This document shows, piece by piece, positions 41,501 to 57,300 of a stretch of DNA of 64,000 nt. The notes below the pieces were generated by a model. The model was not told where the DNA came from. It saw nothing but the letters and a program-made list of their open reading frames with translations, and did no database searches. The stretch comes from the human T2T-CHM13v2.0 reference genome, Homo sapiens. Made by a program: the position numbers and the translations under genes. How positions within the stretch are numbered: position 1 is the stretch's first letter; the number at the start of each line of letters is the position of its first letter. The stretch is from the NCBI RefSeq assembly GCF_009914755.1, contig NC_060933.1, one strand, 5' to 3'.

Positions 41501-44500
41501 GGAATGGAATGGAATGGAATGGAATGGAATGGAATGGTATGGAATGGAATGGAATGGTACGGAATAGAATGGAATGGAACGAATTGTAATGGAATGGAAT
41601 TGAGTGGAATGGAATGGAATGGAATGGAATCAACGCGAGAGCAGGTGAATGTAATGGAACTGAATGCAATGGAATGGAATCATCCGGAATGGAATGGAAT
41701 GGAATGGAATGGAATGGAAGAAACCCGAGTGCAATGGAATGCAGTGGAATGGAATGGAATGGAATGGAACAACCCGAATGGAATGGAATGTAATGCAGAG
41801 TAAGGGAGTTGAATAGAATCAATCCGAATGTAATGGAATGGAATGCAACGGAATGGAATGGAATGGAATGGAATGGAATGGAATGCAATGGAATGGAATC
41901 AACCCGAGTACAATGGAATGGAATGGAATGGAATGGAATGGAATGGAATGGAATGGAATGGAATGGAATGATACGGAATAGAATGGAATGGAACGAAATG
42001 GAATGGAATGGAATGTAATGGAATGGAATGGAATGGAATGGAATGGAATCATTCCGAGTGGAATAGGAGGGAATGTATTCGAGTGGAATGGAAAGGAATG
42101 GAATCAACCAGAGTGGAATGGAAGGGAATGGAATGGAATGGAAACTAATAGAATGGAATCAACCCGAGTGGAATGGAATGGAAAGGACTGGAATGGAATG
42201 GAATGGAATGGAATCAACTCGATTGTAATGGAATGGAATGGAATGGAATGGAATGGAATGGAATGGAATTAACCCGAATACAATGGAATGGAATGGAATG
42301 GAACGGAATGGAGTGGAATGGAATGGAATCAACCCGAGTGAAGGGGATTGGAATGGAATGGAAATCAATGGAATGGAATCATCCGGAATGGAATGGAATG
42401 GAATGGAATGGAATCAACCCGACTGCAGGGGAATGGAATGGAATGGAATCCAATGGAATGGATTCAACTTGAATGGAATGGAAAGAATGGAATCAACACG
42501 AGTGGAATGGCATGGATTGGAATGGAATGGAATGGAATGGAATCAACCCGACTACAGGGGAATGGAATGGAATGGAATGCAATGGAATGGAATCATCCGA
42601 AATGGAATGGAAAGGAATGGAATGGAATGGAATGGAATGGAATGGAATGGAATGGAATCAACTCGATTGCAATCGAATGGAATGGAATGGAATTAACCCG
42701 AATAGAATGGAAGGGAATGGAATGGAACGGAACGGAACGGAATGGAATGGATTGGAATGGAATGGAATGGAAAGGAATGGAACGGAAAGGAATGGAATGG
42801 AATGGAATGGAATGGAATGGAATGGAATAGAATGGAATCAACGCGAGTGCAGGGGAATGGAATGGAATGGAATGCAATGGAATGGAATCTTCCGGAATGG
42901 AATGGAATGGAATGGAATTGAATGGAATGCAATGGAATAATCCCGAGTGCAATGGAATGGAGTGGAATGGAATGGAATGGAATGGAACAACCCGAATGGA
43001 ATGGAATGTAATGGAGAGTAAAGGAGTTGAATAGAATCAATCCGAATGTAATGGAATGGAATGGAACGGAATGGAATTGAATGGAATGGAATGGAATGCA
43101 ATGGAATGGAATCAACCCGAGTGCAATGGAATGGAGAGGAATGGAATGGAATGGAATGGAAACTACCCGAATGGAATGGAATGTAATGGAGTGTAAGGGA
43201 ATTGAATAGAATCAATCCGAATGTAATGGAATGGAATGGAACGGAATGGAATGGAATGGAATGGAATGGAATGCAATGGAATGGAATCAACCCGAGTGCA
43301 ATCGAATGGAATCGAATGGAATGGAATGCAATGGAATGGATTCAACTTGAATGGAATGGAAAGAATGGAATCAACACGAGTGGAATGGCATGGATTGGAA
43401 TGGAATGGAATGGAATCAACCCGAGTACAGAGGAATGGAATGGAATGGAATGCAATGGAATGGAATCATCCGTAATGGAATGGAAAGGAATGGAATGGAA
43501 TGGAATGGAATGGAATGGAATGGAATCAACTCGATTGCAATGGAATGGAATGGAATGGAATTAACCCGAACAGAATGGAATGGAATGGAATGGAACGGAA
43601 CGGAATGGAATGGAATGGAATGGAATGGAATGGAATGGAATGGAATGGAACGGAACGGAACGGAAAGGAAAGGAATGGAATGGAATGGAATGGAATGGAA
43701 TGGAATGGAATGGAATGGAATCAACGCGAGTGCAGGGGAATGGAATGGAATGGAATGCAATGGAATGGAGTCTTCCGGAATGGAATGGAATGGAATGGAA
43801 TGGAATGGAATGGAATGAAATGCCATGGATTCAACTCGATTGCAATGGAATGGAATAGAATGGAATGGAATGGAATGGAATTAACCCGAATAGAATGGAA
43901 TGGAATGGAATGGAACGGAATGGAACGGAATGGAATGGAATGGAATGGAATGCAATGGAATGGTATGGAATGGAATGGAATGGTACGGAATAGAATGGAA
44001 TGGAACGAATTGTAATGGAATGGAATTGAATGGAATGGAATGGAATGGAATGGAATCAACGCGAGTGCATTGGAATGTAACGGAACGGAATGCAATGGAA
44101 TGGATTCATCCGGAATGGAATGGAATGGAATGGAATGGAATCAAACCGAGTGCAATGGAATGGAGTGGAATGGAATGGAATGGAATGGAACAACCCTAAT
44201 GGAATGGAATGTAATGGAGAGTAAGGGAGTTGAATAGAATCAATCCGAATGCAATGGAATGGAATGCAACGGAATGGAATGGAATGGAATGGAATGGAAT
44301 GGAATGGAATGGAATGCAATGGAATGGAATCAACCTGAGTACAATGGAAAGTAATGGAATGGAATGGAATGGAATGGAATGGAATGCCTTCAAACCGAAT
44401 GGAATGGAAAGGAGTGGAATCAACACGAGTGGAATGGAATGGAATGGAATGGAATGGAATGGAATCATACGGAATAGAATGGAATGGAACGAAATGGAAT

Positions 44501-46000
44501 GGAATGGAATGGAATGGAATAGAATGGAATGGAATGGAATGGAATCGTTCCGAGTGGAATAGGAGGGAATGTATTCGAGTGGAAAGGAAAGGAATGGAAT
44601 CAACCAGAGTGGAATGGAAGGGAATGGAATGGAATGGAAACTAATAGAATGGAATCAACCCGAGTGGAATGGAATGGAAAGGACTGGAATGGAAAGGAAT
44701 GGAATGGAATGGAATGGAATGGAATGGAATGGAATGGAATCAACACGAGTGCAGGGGAATGGAATGGAATCGAATGGAATGGAATGGAATGGAATGGAAT
44801 CAACCCGAGTGCAGGGGAATGTAATGGAACGGAATGCAATGGAATGGAATCATCCGGAATGGAATGGAATGGAATCAACCCGAGTGCAATGGAATGGAGT
44901 GGAATGGAATGGAATGGAATGGAACAACCCGAATGGAATGGAATGTAATGGAGAGTAAGGGAGTTGAAAAGAATCAATCCGAATGTAATGGAATGGAATG
45001 GAACGGAATGGAATGGAATGGAATGGAATGGAATGGAATGGAATGCAATGGAATGGAATAAACCCGAGTACAATGGAATGGAATGGAATGGAATGGAACG
45101 GAATGGAATGGAATGGAATGCAATGGAATGGAATCTTCCGGAATGGAATGGAATGGAATGGAATGGAATGGAATGGAATGCAATGGATTCAACTCGATTG
45201 CAATGGAATGGAATAGAATGGAATGGAATGGAATGGAATGGAATTAAACCGAATAGAATGGAATGGAATGGAATGGAACGGAATGGAACGGAACGGAACG
45301 GAACGGAGTGGAATGGAATGGAATGGAATTGTATGGAATGGAATGGAATGGTATGGAATAGAATGGAATGGAATGAATTGGAATGGAATAGAATCGAATG
45401 GAATGGAATGGAATGGAATGGAATCAACCCGAGTGCAGGGGACTGTAATGGAACGGAATGCAATGGAATGGAATCATCCGGAATGGAATGGAATGGAATG
45501 GAATGGTATGGAATGGAATGGAATCAACCCGAGTGCAATGGAATGGAGTGGAATGGAATGGAATGGAATGGAACAACCCGAATGGAATGGAATGTAATGG
45601 AGAGTAAGGGAGTTGAATAGAATCAATCCGAATGTAATGGAATGGAACGGAATAGAATGGAATGGAATGGAATGGAATGGAATGGAATGGAATGGAATGG
45701 AATGCAATGGAATGGAATCAACCCGAGTACAATGGAACGGAATGTAATGTAATGTAATGGAATGGAATGGAATGGAATGGAATGGAATGGAATGGAATCA
45801 ACCCGAGAGCAGGGGAATGGAGTGAAATGGAATGGAATGGAATGGAAACTACCCGAATGGAATGTAATGTAATGGAGTGTAAGGGAATTGAATAGAATCA
45901 ATCCTAATGGAATGGAATGGAATGGAATGGAATGGAATGGAATCAACCCGAGTGCAGGGGAATGGAATGGAATGGAATGCAATGGAATGGAATCTTCCGG
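32600..46000 (+). repeat. Degenerate ~5.7-5.9 kb higher-order-like repeat (2-3 copies); best conserved between ~35990-39150 and ~41810-45000
   Basis: GGAATAATCCCGAG (37044/42934), TTAACCCGAACAG (37681/43561), GCGAGTGCATTGG (38161/44061). GCCTTCAAACCG occurs at 32772, 38496 and 44386, and GAGTTGAAAAG at ~33352, ~39111 and ~44961. Confidence 0.8.
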
Positions 46001-48349
46001 AATGGAATGGAATGGAATGGAATGGAATCAACCCGAGTGAAATGGAATGGAGTGGAATGGAATGGAATGGAATGGAACAACCCGAATGGAATGGAATGTA
46101 ATGGAGAGTAAGGGAGTTGAAAAGAATCAATCCGAATGTAATGTAATGGAATGGAACGGAACGGAATGGAATGGAATGGAATGGAATGGAATGGAATGGA
46201 ATGGAATGCAATGGAATGGAATCAACCCGAGTGCAATCGAATGGAATCGAATGGAATGGAATGCAATGGAATGGATTCAACTTGAATGGAATGGAAAGAA
46301 TGGAATCAACACGAGTGGAATGGCATGGATTGGAATGGAATGGATTGGAATCAACCCGAGTAAAGGGGAATGGAATGGAATGGAATGCAATGGAATGGAA
46401 TCATCCTTAATGGAATGGAAAGGAATGGAATGGAATGGAATGGAATGGAATGGAATGGAATGGAATCAACTCGATTACAATCTAATGGAATGGAATGGAA
46501 TTAACCCGAATAGAATGGAATGGAATTTAATGGAACGGAACGGAATGGAATGGAATGGAATGGAATGGAATGGAACGGAACGGAACGGAACGGAATGGAA
46601 TGGAATGGAATGGAATGGAATGGAATCAACGCGAGTGCAGGAGAATGGAATGGAATGGAATGCAATGGAATGGAAACTTCCGGAATGGAATGTCATGGAA
46701 TGGAATGGAATGAAATGCAATGGATTCAACTCGATTGCAATGGAATGGAATAGAATGGAATGGAATGGAATGGAATGGAATGGAATTAACCCGAATAGAA
46801 TTGAATGGAATGGAATGGAAAGGAATGGAACAGAATGGAATGGAATGGAATGGAATGGAATGGAATGGTATGGAATGGAATGGAATGGTACGGAATAGAA
46901 TCGAATGGAATGAATTGTAATGGAATGGAATTGAACGGAATGGAATGGAATGGAATAGAATCAACGCGAGTGCAGGGGAATGTAATGGAACGGAATGCAA
47001 TGGAATGGAATCATCCGTAAAGGAATGGAAAGGAATGGAATGGAATGGAATGGAATGGATTGGAAAGGAATCAACTCGATTGCAATCGAATGGAATGGAA
47101 TGGAATTAACCCGAATAGAATGGAATGGAATGGAATGGAATGGAACGGAACGGAATGGAATGGATTGGAATGGAATGGAATGGAATGGAATGGAATGGAA
47201 TGGAACGGAAAGGAATGGAATGGAATGGAATGCAATGGAATGGAATATTCCGGAATGGAATGGAATGGAATGCAATGGAATGGAATGGAATGGAATGAAC
47301 CCGAGTGCAATGGAATGGAGTGGAATGGAATGGAATGGAATGGAACAACCCGAATGGAATGGAATGTAATGGAGAGTAAGGGAGTTGAATAGAATCAATC
47401 CGAATGTAATGGAATGGAATGGAAGGGAATGGAATAAAATGGAATGGAATGGAATGGAATGGAATGCAATGGAATGGAATCAACCCGAGTGCAAACGAAT
47501 GGAATCGAATGGAATGGAATGCAATGGAATGGACTCAACTTGAATGGAATGGAAAGAATGGAATCAACACGAGTGGAATGGCATGGATTAGAATAGAATG
47601 GAATGGAATCAATCCGAGTACATGGGAATGGAATGGAATGGAATGCAATGGAATGGAATCATCCGTAATGGAATGGAAAGGAATGGAATGGAATGGAATG
47701 GAATGGAATGGAATGGAATCAACTCGATTGCAATCCAATGGAATGGAATGGAATTAACCCGAATAGAATGGAATGGAATGGAATGGAACGGAACGGAATG
47801 GAATGGAATGGAATTGAATTGAATGGAATGGAATGGAACGGAACGGAATGGAATGGAATGGAATGGAATGGAATGGAATCAACGCGAGTGCAGGGGAATG
47901 GAATGGAATGGAATGCAATGGAATGGAATCATCCGGAATGGAATGGAATGGAATGGAATGGAATGGAATCAACCCGAGTGCAATGGAATGGAGTGGAATG
48001 GAATGGAATGGAATGGAACAACCCGAATGGAATGGAATGTAATGGAGAGTAAGGGAGTTGAATAGAATCAATCCGAATGTAATGGAATGGAATGCAACGG
48101 AATGGAATGGAACGGAATGCAATGGAACGGAATGGAATGGAATGGAATGGAATGGAATGGAATGGAATGGAATGGAATGCAATGGAATGGAATCAACCCG
48201 AGTACAATGGAATGGAATGGAATGGAATGGAACGGAATGGAATGGAATGGAATGCAATGGAATGGAATCTTCCGGAACGGAATGGAATGGAATGGAATGG
48301 AATGGAATGGAATGCAATGGATTCAACTCGATAGCAATGGAATGGAATA

Positions 48350-51300
48350 GAATGGAATGGAATGGAATGGAATGGAATTAAACCGAATAGAATGGAATGG
48401 AATGGAATGGAACGGAACGGAACGGAACGGAACGGAACGGAGTGGAATGGAATGGAATGGAATTGTATGGAATGGAATGGAATGGTACGGAATAGAATGG
48501 AATGGAAAGAATTGGAATGGAATGGAATCGAATGGAATGGAATGGAATGGAATGCAATCAACCCGAGTGCAGGGGTATGTAATGGAACGGAATGCAATGG
48601 AATGGAATCATCCGGAATGGAATGGAATGGAATGGAATGGAATGGAATGGAATGGAATGGAATCAACCCGAGTGCAATGGAATGGAGTGGAATGGAATGG
48701 AATGGAATGGAACAACCCAAATGGAATGGAATGTAATGGAGAGTAAGGGAGTTGAATAGAATCAATCCGAATGTAATGGAATGGAAAGGAATGGAATGGA
48801 ATGGAATGGAATGGAATGGAATGCAATGGAATGGAATCAACCCGAGTACAATGGAACGGAATGTAATGTAATGTAATGTAATGGAATGGAATGGAATGGA
48901 ATGGAAGGGAATCAACCCGAGTGCAATGGAATGGAGAGGAATGGAATGGAATGGAATGGAAACTACCCAAATGGAATGGAATGTAATGGAGTGTAAGGGA
49001 ATTGAATAGAATCAATCCGAAAGGAATGGAATGGAATGGAACGGAATGTAATGGAATGGAATGGAATGGAATCAACCCGAGTGCAGAGGAATGGAATGGA
49101 ATGGAATGCAATGGAATGGAATCATCCGGAATGGAATGGAATGGAATGCAATGGAATGGAATGGAATGGAATCAACCCGAGTGTAATGGAATGGAGTGAA
49201 ATGGAATGGAATGGAATGGAGACAACAAGAATGGATTGGAATATAATGGAGTGTAAGGGAATTGAATAGAATCAATCTGAATGTAATGAAATGGAATGGA
49301 ACGGAATGGAATGGAATGGAATGGAATGGAATGGAATGGAATTTAATGGAATGCAATGGAATGCAATCAACCCGAGTGCAATCGAATGGAATCGAATGGA
49401 ATGGAATGCAATGGAATGGATTCAACTTGAATGGAATGGAAAGAATGGAATCAACACGAGTGGAATGGCATGGATTGGAATGGAATGGAATGGAATCAAC
49501 CCGAGTACAGGGGAATGGAATGGAATGGAATGCAATGGAATGGAATCATCCGCAATGGAATGGAAAGGAATGGAATGGAATGGAATGGAATGGAATAGAA
49601 TGGAGTCAACTCGATTGCAATCGAATGGAATGGAATGGAATTAACCCGAATAGAATGGAATGGAATGGAATGGAACGGAACGGAATGGAATGGAATGGAA
49701 TGGAATGGAATGGAACGGAACGGAAAGGAAGGGAATGGAATGGAATAGAATGGAATGGAATGGAATCAACCCGAGTACAGCGGAATGGAATGGAATGGAA
49801 TGCAATTTAATGGAATCTTCCGGAATGGAATCGAATGGAGTGGAATGGAATGGAATCAACCCGAGTGCAATGGAATGGAGTGGAATGGAATGGAATGGAA
49901 TGGAACAACCCGAATGGAATGGAATGTAATGGAGAGTAAGGGAGTTGAATAGAATCAATCCGAATGTAATGGAATGGAATGGAACGGAATGGAATTGAAT
50001 GGAATGGAATGGAATGCAATGGAATGGAATCAACCCGAGTGCAATGGAATGGAGAGGAATGGAATGGAATGGAATGGAAACTAACCGAATGGAATGGAAT
50101 GTAATGGAGTGTAAGGGAATTGAATAGAATCAATCCGAATGTAATGGAATGGAATGGAACGGAATGGAATGGAATGGAATGGAATGGAATGGAATGCAAT
50201 GGAATGGATTCAACTTGAATGGAATGGAAAGAATGGAATCAACACGAGTGGAATGGCATGGATTGGAATGGAATCAACCCGAGTACAGGGGAATGGAATG
50301 GAATGGAATGCAATGGAATGGAATGGAATGCAATGGAATGGAATCATCCGTAATGGAATGGAAAGGAATGGAATGGAATGGAATGGAATCGAATGGAATG
50401 GAATGGAATCAACTCGATTGCAATCGAATGGAATGGAATGGAATTAACCCGAATAGAATGGAATGGAATGGAATGGAACGGAATGGAATGGAATGGAATG
50501 GAATGGAATGGAATGGAATGGAACGGAACGGAACGGAACGCAATGGAATGGAATGGAATGGAATGGAATCAACGCGAGTGCAGGGGAATGGAATGGAATG
50601 GAATGCAATGGAATGGAATCATCCGGAATGGAATGGAATGGAATGGAATGCAAAGCAATGGAATCAACTCGATTGCAATGGAATGGAATGGAATGGAAAG
50701 GAATACATTGGAATCAAACCGAGTGGAATGGAATGGAAAGGACTGGAATGGAGTGGAATGGAATGGAATGGAATGGAATGAAATCAACTCGATTGGAATG
50801 GAATGGAATGCAATGGAATGGAATCATCCGTAATGGAATGGAAAGGAATGGAATGGAATGGAATGGAATGGAATGGAATCAACTCGATTGCAATCGAATG
50901 GAATGGAATGGAATTAACCCGAATAGAATGGAATGGAATTGAATGGAATGGAACGGAACGGAATGGAATGGATTGGAATGGAATGGAATGGAATGGAATG
51001 GAACGGAAAGGAATGGAATAGAATGGAATGGAATGGAATGGAATGGAATGGAATCAACGCGAGTGCAGGGGAATGGAATGGAATGGAATGCAATGGAATG
51101 GAATCTTCCGGAATGGAATGGAATGGAATGGAATGGAATGGAATGGAATTAACCCGAATACAATGGAATGGAATGGAATGGAACGGAATGGAGTTGAATG
51201 GAATGGAAGCAACCCGAGTGCAGGGGATTAGAATGGAATGGAATGCAATGGAATGGAATCATCCGGAATGGAATGGAATGGAATGCAAAGCAATGGAATC

Positions 51301-54300
51301 AACTCGATTGCAATGGAATGGAATGGAATGGAAAGGAATACATTGGAATCAACCCGAGTGGAATGGAATGGAAAGGACTGGAATGGAGTGGAATGGAATG
51401 GAATGGAATGGAATGAAATCAACTCGATTGGAATGGAATGGAATGGAATGGAATGGAATGGAATGGAATGGAATTATCCCGAATAGAATGGAGTGGAATG
51501 GAATGGAACGGAACGGAATGGAATGGAAAGGAATGGAATGGAATGGAATGGAATGGAATCAACCCGACTGCAGGGGAATGGAATGGAATGGAATGCAATG
51601 GAATGGATTCAACTTGAATGGAATGGAAAGAATGGAATCAACACGAGTGGAATGGCACGGATTGGAATGGAATGGAATGGAATCAACCCGAGTACAGGGG
51701 AATGGAATGGAATGGAATGCAATGGAATGGAATCATCCGTAATGGAATGGAAAGGAATGGAATGGAATGGAATGGAATGGAATGGAATGCAATGGAATCA
51801 ACTCGATTGCAATCGAATGGAATGGAATGGAATTAACCCGAATAGAATGGAATGGAATGGAATGGAACAGAACGGAATGGAATGGATCGGAATGGAATGG
51901 AATGGAATGGAATGGAACGGAAAGGAATGCAATGGAATGCAATGGAATGGAATGGAATGGAATGGAATGGAATCAACGCGAGTGCAGGGGAACGGAATGG
52001 AATGGAATGCAATGGAATGGAATCTTCCGGAATGGAATGGAATGGAATGGAATGGAATGGAATAAACCCGAGTGCAATGGAATGGAGTGGAATGGAATGG
52101 AATGGAATGGAACAACCCGAATGGAACGGAATGGAATGGAGAGTAAGGGAGTTGAATAGAATCAATCCGAATGTAATGGAATGGAATGGAAGGGAATGGA
52201 ATGGAATGGAATGCAATGGAATGGAATGGAATGCAATGGAATGGAATCAACCCGAGTGCAATCGAATGGAATCGAATGGAATGGAATGCAATGGAATGGA
52301 TTCAACTTGAATGGAATGGAAAGAATGGAATCAACACGAGTGGAATGGCATGGATTGGAATAGAATGGAATAGAATCAATCCGAGTACAGGGGAATGGAA
52401 TGGAATGGAATGCAATGGAATGGAATCATCCGTAATGGAATGGAAAGGAATGGAATGGAATGGAATGGAATGGAATGGAATGGAATGGAATGAACTCGAT
52501 TGCAATCGAATGGAATGGAATGGAATTAACCCGAATAGAATGGCATGGAATGGAATGGAACGGAACGGAATGGAATGGAATGGAATGGAATGGAACGGAA
52601 CGGAATGGAACGGAATGGAATGGAATGGAATGGAATGGAATGGAATGGAATGGAATCAACGCGATTGCAGGGGAATGGAATGGAATGGAATGCAATGGAA
52701 TGGAATCTTCCGGAATGGAATGGAATGGAATAGAATGGAATGAAATGCAATGGATTCAACTCGATAGCAATGGAATGGAATAGAATGGAATGGAATGGAA
52801 TGGAATGGAATGGAATGGAATTAACCCGAATAGAATGGAACGGAATGGAATGGAACGGAATGGAACGGAATGGAATGGAATGGAATGCAATGGAATGGTA
52901 TGGAATGGAATGGAATGGTACGGAATAGAATGGAATGGAACGAATTGTAATGGAATGGAATTGAATGGAATGGAATGGAATGGAATGGAATGGAATGGAA
53001 TGGAATCGTTCCGAGTGGAATAGGAGGGAATGTATTCGAGTGGAATGGAAAGGAATGGAATCAACCAGAGTGGAATGGAAAGGAATGGAATGGAATGGAA
53101 ACTAAGAGAATGGAATCAACCCGGGTGGAATGGAATGGAAAGGACTGGAATGGAAAGGAATGGAATGGAATGGAATGGAATGGAATGGAATGGAATGGAA
53201 TGGAATGGAATCAACGCGAGTGCAGGGGAATGGAATAGAATCGAATGGAATGGAATGGAATGGAATGGAATCAACCCGAGTACAATGGAATGGAATGGAA
53301 TGGAATGGAATGGAATGGAATGGAATGCAATGGAATGGAATCTTCCGGAATTGAATGGAATGGAATGGAATGGAATGCAATGGATTCAACTCGATTGCAA
53401 TGGAATGGAATAGAATGGAATGGAATGGAATTAAACCGAATAGAATGGAATGGAATGGAATGGAACGGAACGGAACGGAATGGAACGGAGTGGAATGGAA
53501 TGGAATGGAATTGTATGGAATGCAATGGAATGGTACGGAATAGAATGGAATGCAAAGAATTGGAATGGAATGGAATTGAATGGAATGGAATGGAATCAAC
53601 CAGAGTGCAGGGGAATGTAATGGAACGGAATGCAATGGAATGGAATCATCCGGAATGGAATGGAATGCAACGGAATGAAATGGAATGGAATGGAATGGAA
53701 TGGAATGCAATGGAATGGAATCAACCCGAGTACCATGGAATGGAATGGAATGGAATGGAATGGAATGGAATGGAATGGAATGGAATGGAATGCCTTCAAA
53801 CCGAATGGAATGGAAAGGAATGGAATCAACACGAATGGAATGGAATGGAATAGAATGGAATGGAATGGAATGGAATGATACGGAATAGAATGGAATGGAA
53901 CGAAATGGAATGGAATGGAATGGAATGGAATGGAATGGAATGGAATGGAATGGAATCGTTCCGAGTGGAATAGGAGGGAATGTATTCGAGTGGAATGGAA
54001 AGGAATGGAATCAACAAGAGTGGAATGGCAGGGAATGGAATGGAATGGAAACTAATAGAATGGAATCAACCCGAGTGGAATGGAATGGAAAGGACTGGAA
54101 TGGAATGGAATGGAATGGAATCAACTCGATTGTAATGGAATGGAATGGAATGGAATGGAATGGAATGGAATTAACCCGAATACAATGGAATGCAATGGAA
54201 TGGAACGGAATGGAGTGGCATGGAATGGAATCAAACCGAGTGCAGGGGAACGGAATGGAATGGAATGCAATGGAATGGAATCATCCGGAATGGAATGGAA

Positions 54301-57300
54301 TGGAATGGAATGGAATCAACCCGAGTGCAATCGAATGGAGCGGAATAGAATGGAATGAACCCGAGTGCAGGGGAATGGAATGGAATGGAATGGAATGGAA
54401 TGGAATCATCCGTAATGGAATGGAAAGGAATGGAATGGAATGGAATGGAATGGAATGGAATCAACACGATTGCAATGGAATGGAATGGAATGGAATTAAC
54501 CCGAATAGAATGGAATGGAATGGAATGGAACGGAACGGATTGGAATAGAATGGAATTGAACGGAACGGAGTGGAATGGAATGGAATGGAATGGAATGGAA
54601 TGGAATCAACGTGAGTGCAGGGGAATGGAATGGAATGGAATGCAATGGAATGGAATCTTCCGGAATGGAATGGAATGGAATGGAATGGAATGAAATGCAA
54701 TGGATTCAACTCGATTGCAATGGAATGGAATAGAATGGAATGGAATGGAATGGAATGGAATTAATCCGAATTGAATGGAATGGAATGTAATGGAAAGGAA
54801 TGGAACGGAATGGAATGGAATGGAATGGTATGGAATGGAATGGAATGGTACGGAATAGAATGGAATGGAACGAATTGTAATGGAATGGAATTGAATGGAA
54901 AGGAATGGAATGGAATGGAATCAACGAGAGTGCAGGGGAATGTAATGGAACGGAATGCAATGGAAAGGAATCATACGGAATGGAATGGAATGGAATGGAA
55001 TGGTATGGAATCAACCCGAGTGCAATGGAATGGAGTGGAATGGAATGGAATGGAATGCAATAGAATGGAATCAACTTGAGTACAATGGAATGGAATGGAA
55101 TGGAATGGAATGCAATAGAATGGAATCAACTTGAGTACAATGGAATGGAATGGAATGGAATGGAATGGAATGGAATAAAATGGAATGATACGGAATAGAA
55201 TGGAATGGAACGAAATGGAATGGAATGGAATGGAATGGAATGGAATCGTTCCGAGTGGAATAGGAGGGAATGTATTCGAGTGGAATGGAAAGGAATGGAA
55301 TCAACCAGAGTGGAATGGAAGGGAATGGAATGGAATGGAAACTAATAGAATGGAATCAACCCAAGTGGAATGGAATGGAAAGGACTGGAATGGAATGGAA
55401 TGGAATAGAATCAACTCGATTGTAATGGAATGGATTGGAATGGAATGGAATGGAATGGAATGGAGTGGAATGGAATGGAATCAACCCGAGTGCAGGGGAA
55501 TGGAATGGAATGGAATGCAATGGAATGGAATCATCCGGAATGGAATGGAATGGAATGGAATGCAAAGCAATGGAATCAACTCGATTGCAATGGAATGGAA
55601 AGGAATGGAAAGGAATACACTGGAATCAAGCCGACTGGAATGGAATGGAAAGGACTGGAATGGAGTGGAATGGAATGGAATGGAATGGAATGGAATCAAC
55701 TCGATTGGAATGGAATGGAATGGAATGGAATGGAATGGAATGGAATGGAATTAACCCGAATAGAAAGGAATGGAATGGAATGGAATGGAAAGGAATGGAA
55801 GGGAATGGAATGGAATGGAATGGAATCAACCCGACTGCAGGGGAATGGAATGGAATGGAATGCAATGGAATGGATTCAACTTGAATGGAATGGAAAGAAT
55901 GGAATCAACACGAGTGGAATGGCATGGATTGGAATGGAATGGAATGGAATCAACCCGAGTACAGGGGAATGGAATGGAATGGAATGCAATGGAATGGAAT
56001 CATCCGTAATAGAATGGAAAGGAATGGAATGGAATGGAACGGAAAGGAATGGAATGGAATGGAATGGAATGCAACGGAAAGGAATGGAATGGAATGGAAA
56101 GGAATGGAATGGAATGGAATGGAATGGAATCAACGCGAGTGCAGGGGAATGGAATGGAATGGAATGCAATGAAATGGAATCTTCCGGAATGGAATGGAAT
56201 GGAATGCAATGGAATGGAATCAACTCGATTGCAATCGAATGGAATGGAATGGAATTAACCCGAATAGAATGGAATGGAATGGAATGGAACGGAACGGAAT
56301 GGAATGGAATGGAATGGAATGGAATGGAATGGAACGGAACGGAACGGAACGGAACGGAACGGAGTGGAATGGAATGGAATGGAATTGTATGGAATGGAAT
56401 GGAATGGTACGGAATAGAATGGAATGGAAAGAATTGGAATGGAATGGAATCGAATGGAATGGAATGGAATCAACCCGAGTGCAGGGGAATGTAATGGAAC
56501 GGAATGCAATGGAATGAAATCATCCGGAATGGAATGGAATGGAATGGAATGGAATGGAATGGAATGGAATGGAATGCAATGGAATCAACCCGAGTGCAAT
56601 GGAATGGAGTTGAATGGAATGGAATGGAATGGAACAACCCGAATGGAATGGAATGTAATGGAGAGTAAGGGAGTTGAATAGAATCAATCCGAATGTAATG
56701 GAATGGAACGGAATGGAATGGAATGGAATGGAATGGAATGCAATGGAATGGAATCAACCCGAGTACAATGGAACGGAATGGAATGGAATGGAATGGAATG
56801 GAATGGAATGGAATGGAATGGAATCAACCCGAGTGCAATGGAATGGAGAGGAATGGAATGGAATGGAATGGAAACTACCCGAATGGAATGGAATGTAATG
56901 GAGTGTAAGGGAGTTGAATAGAATCAATCCGAATGGAATGGAATGGAATGGAACGGAATGTAATGGAATGGAATGGAATGCAATCAACCCGAGTGCAGGG
57001 GAATGGAATGGAATGGAATGCAATGGAATGGAATGGAATCGTTCCGAGTGGAATAGGAGGGAATGTATTCGAGTGGCATGGAAAGGAATGGAATCAACCA
57101 GAGTGGAATGGAAGGGAATGGAATGGAATGGAAACTAATAGAATGGAATCAACCCGAGTGGGATGGAATGGAAAGGACTGGAATAGAAAGGAATGGAATG
57201 GAATGGAGTGGAATGGAATGGAATGGAATGGAATGGAATGGAATGGAATGGAATGGAATCAACGCGAGTGAAGGGGAATGGAATGGAATGGAATGGAATG

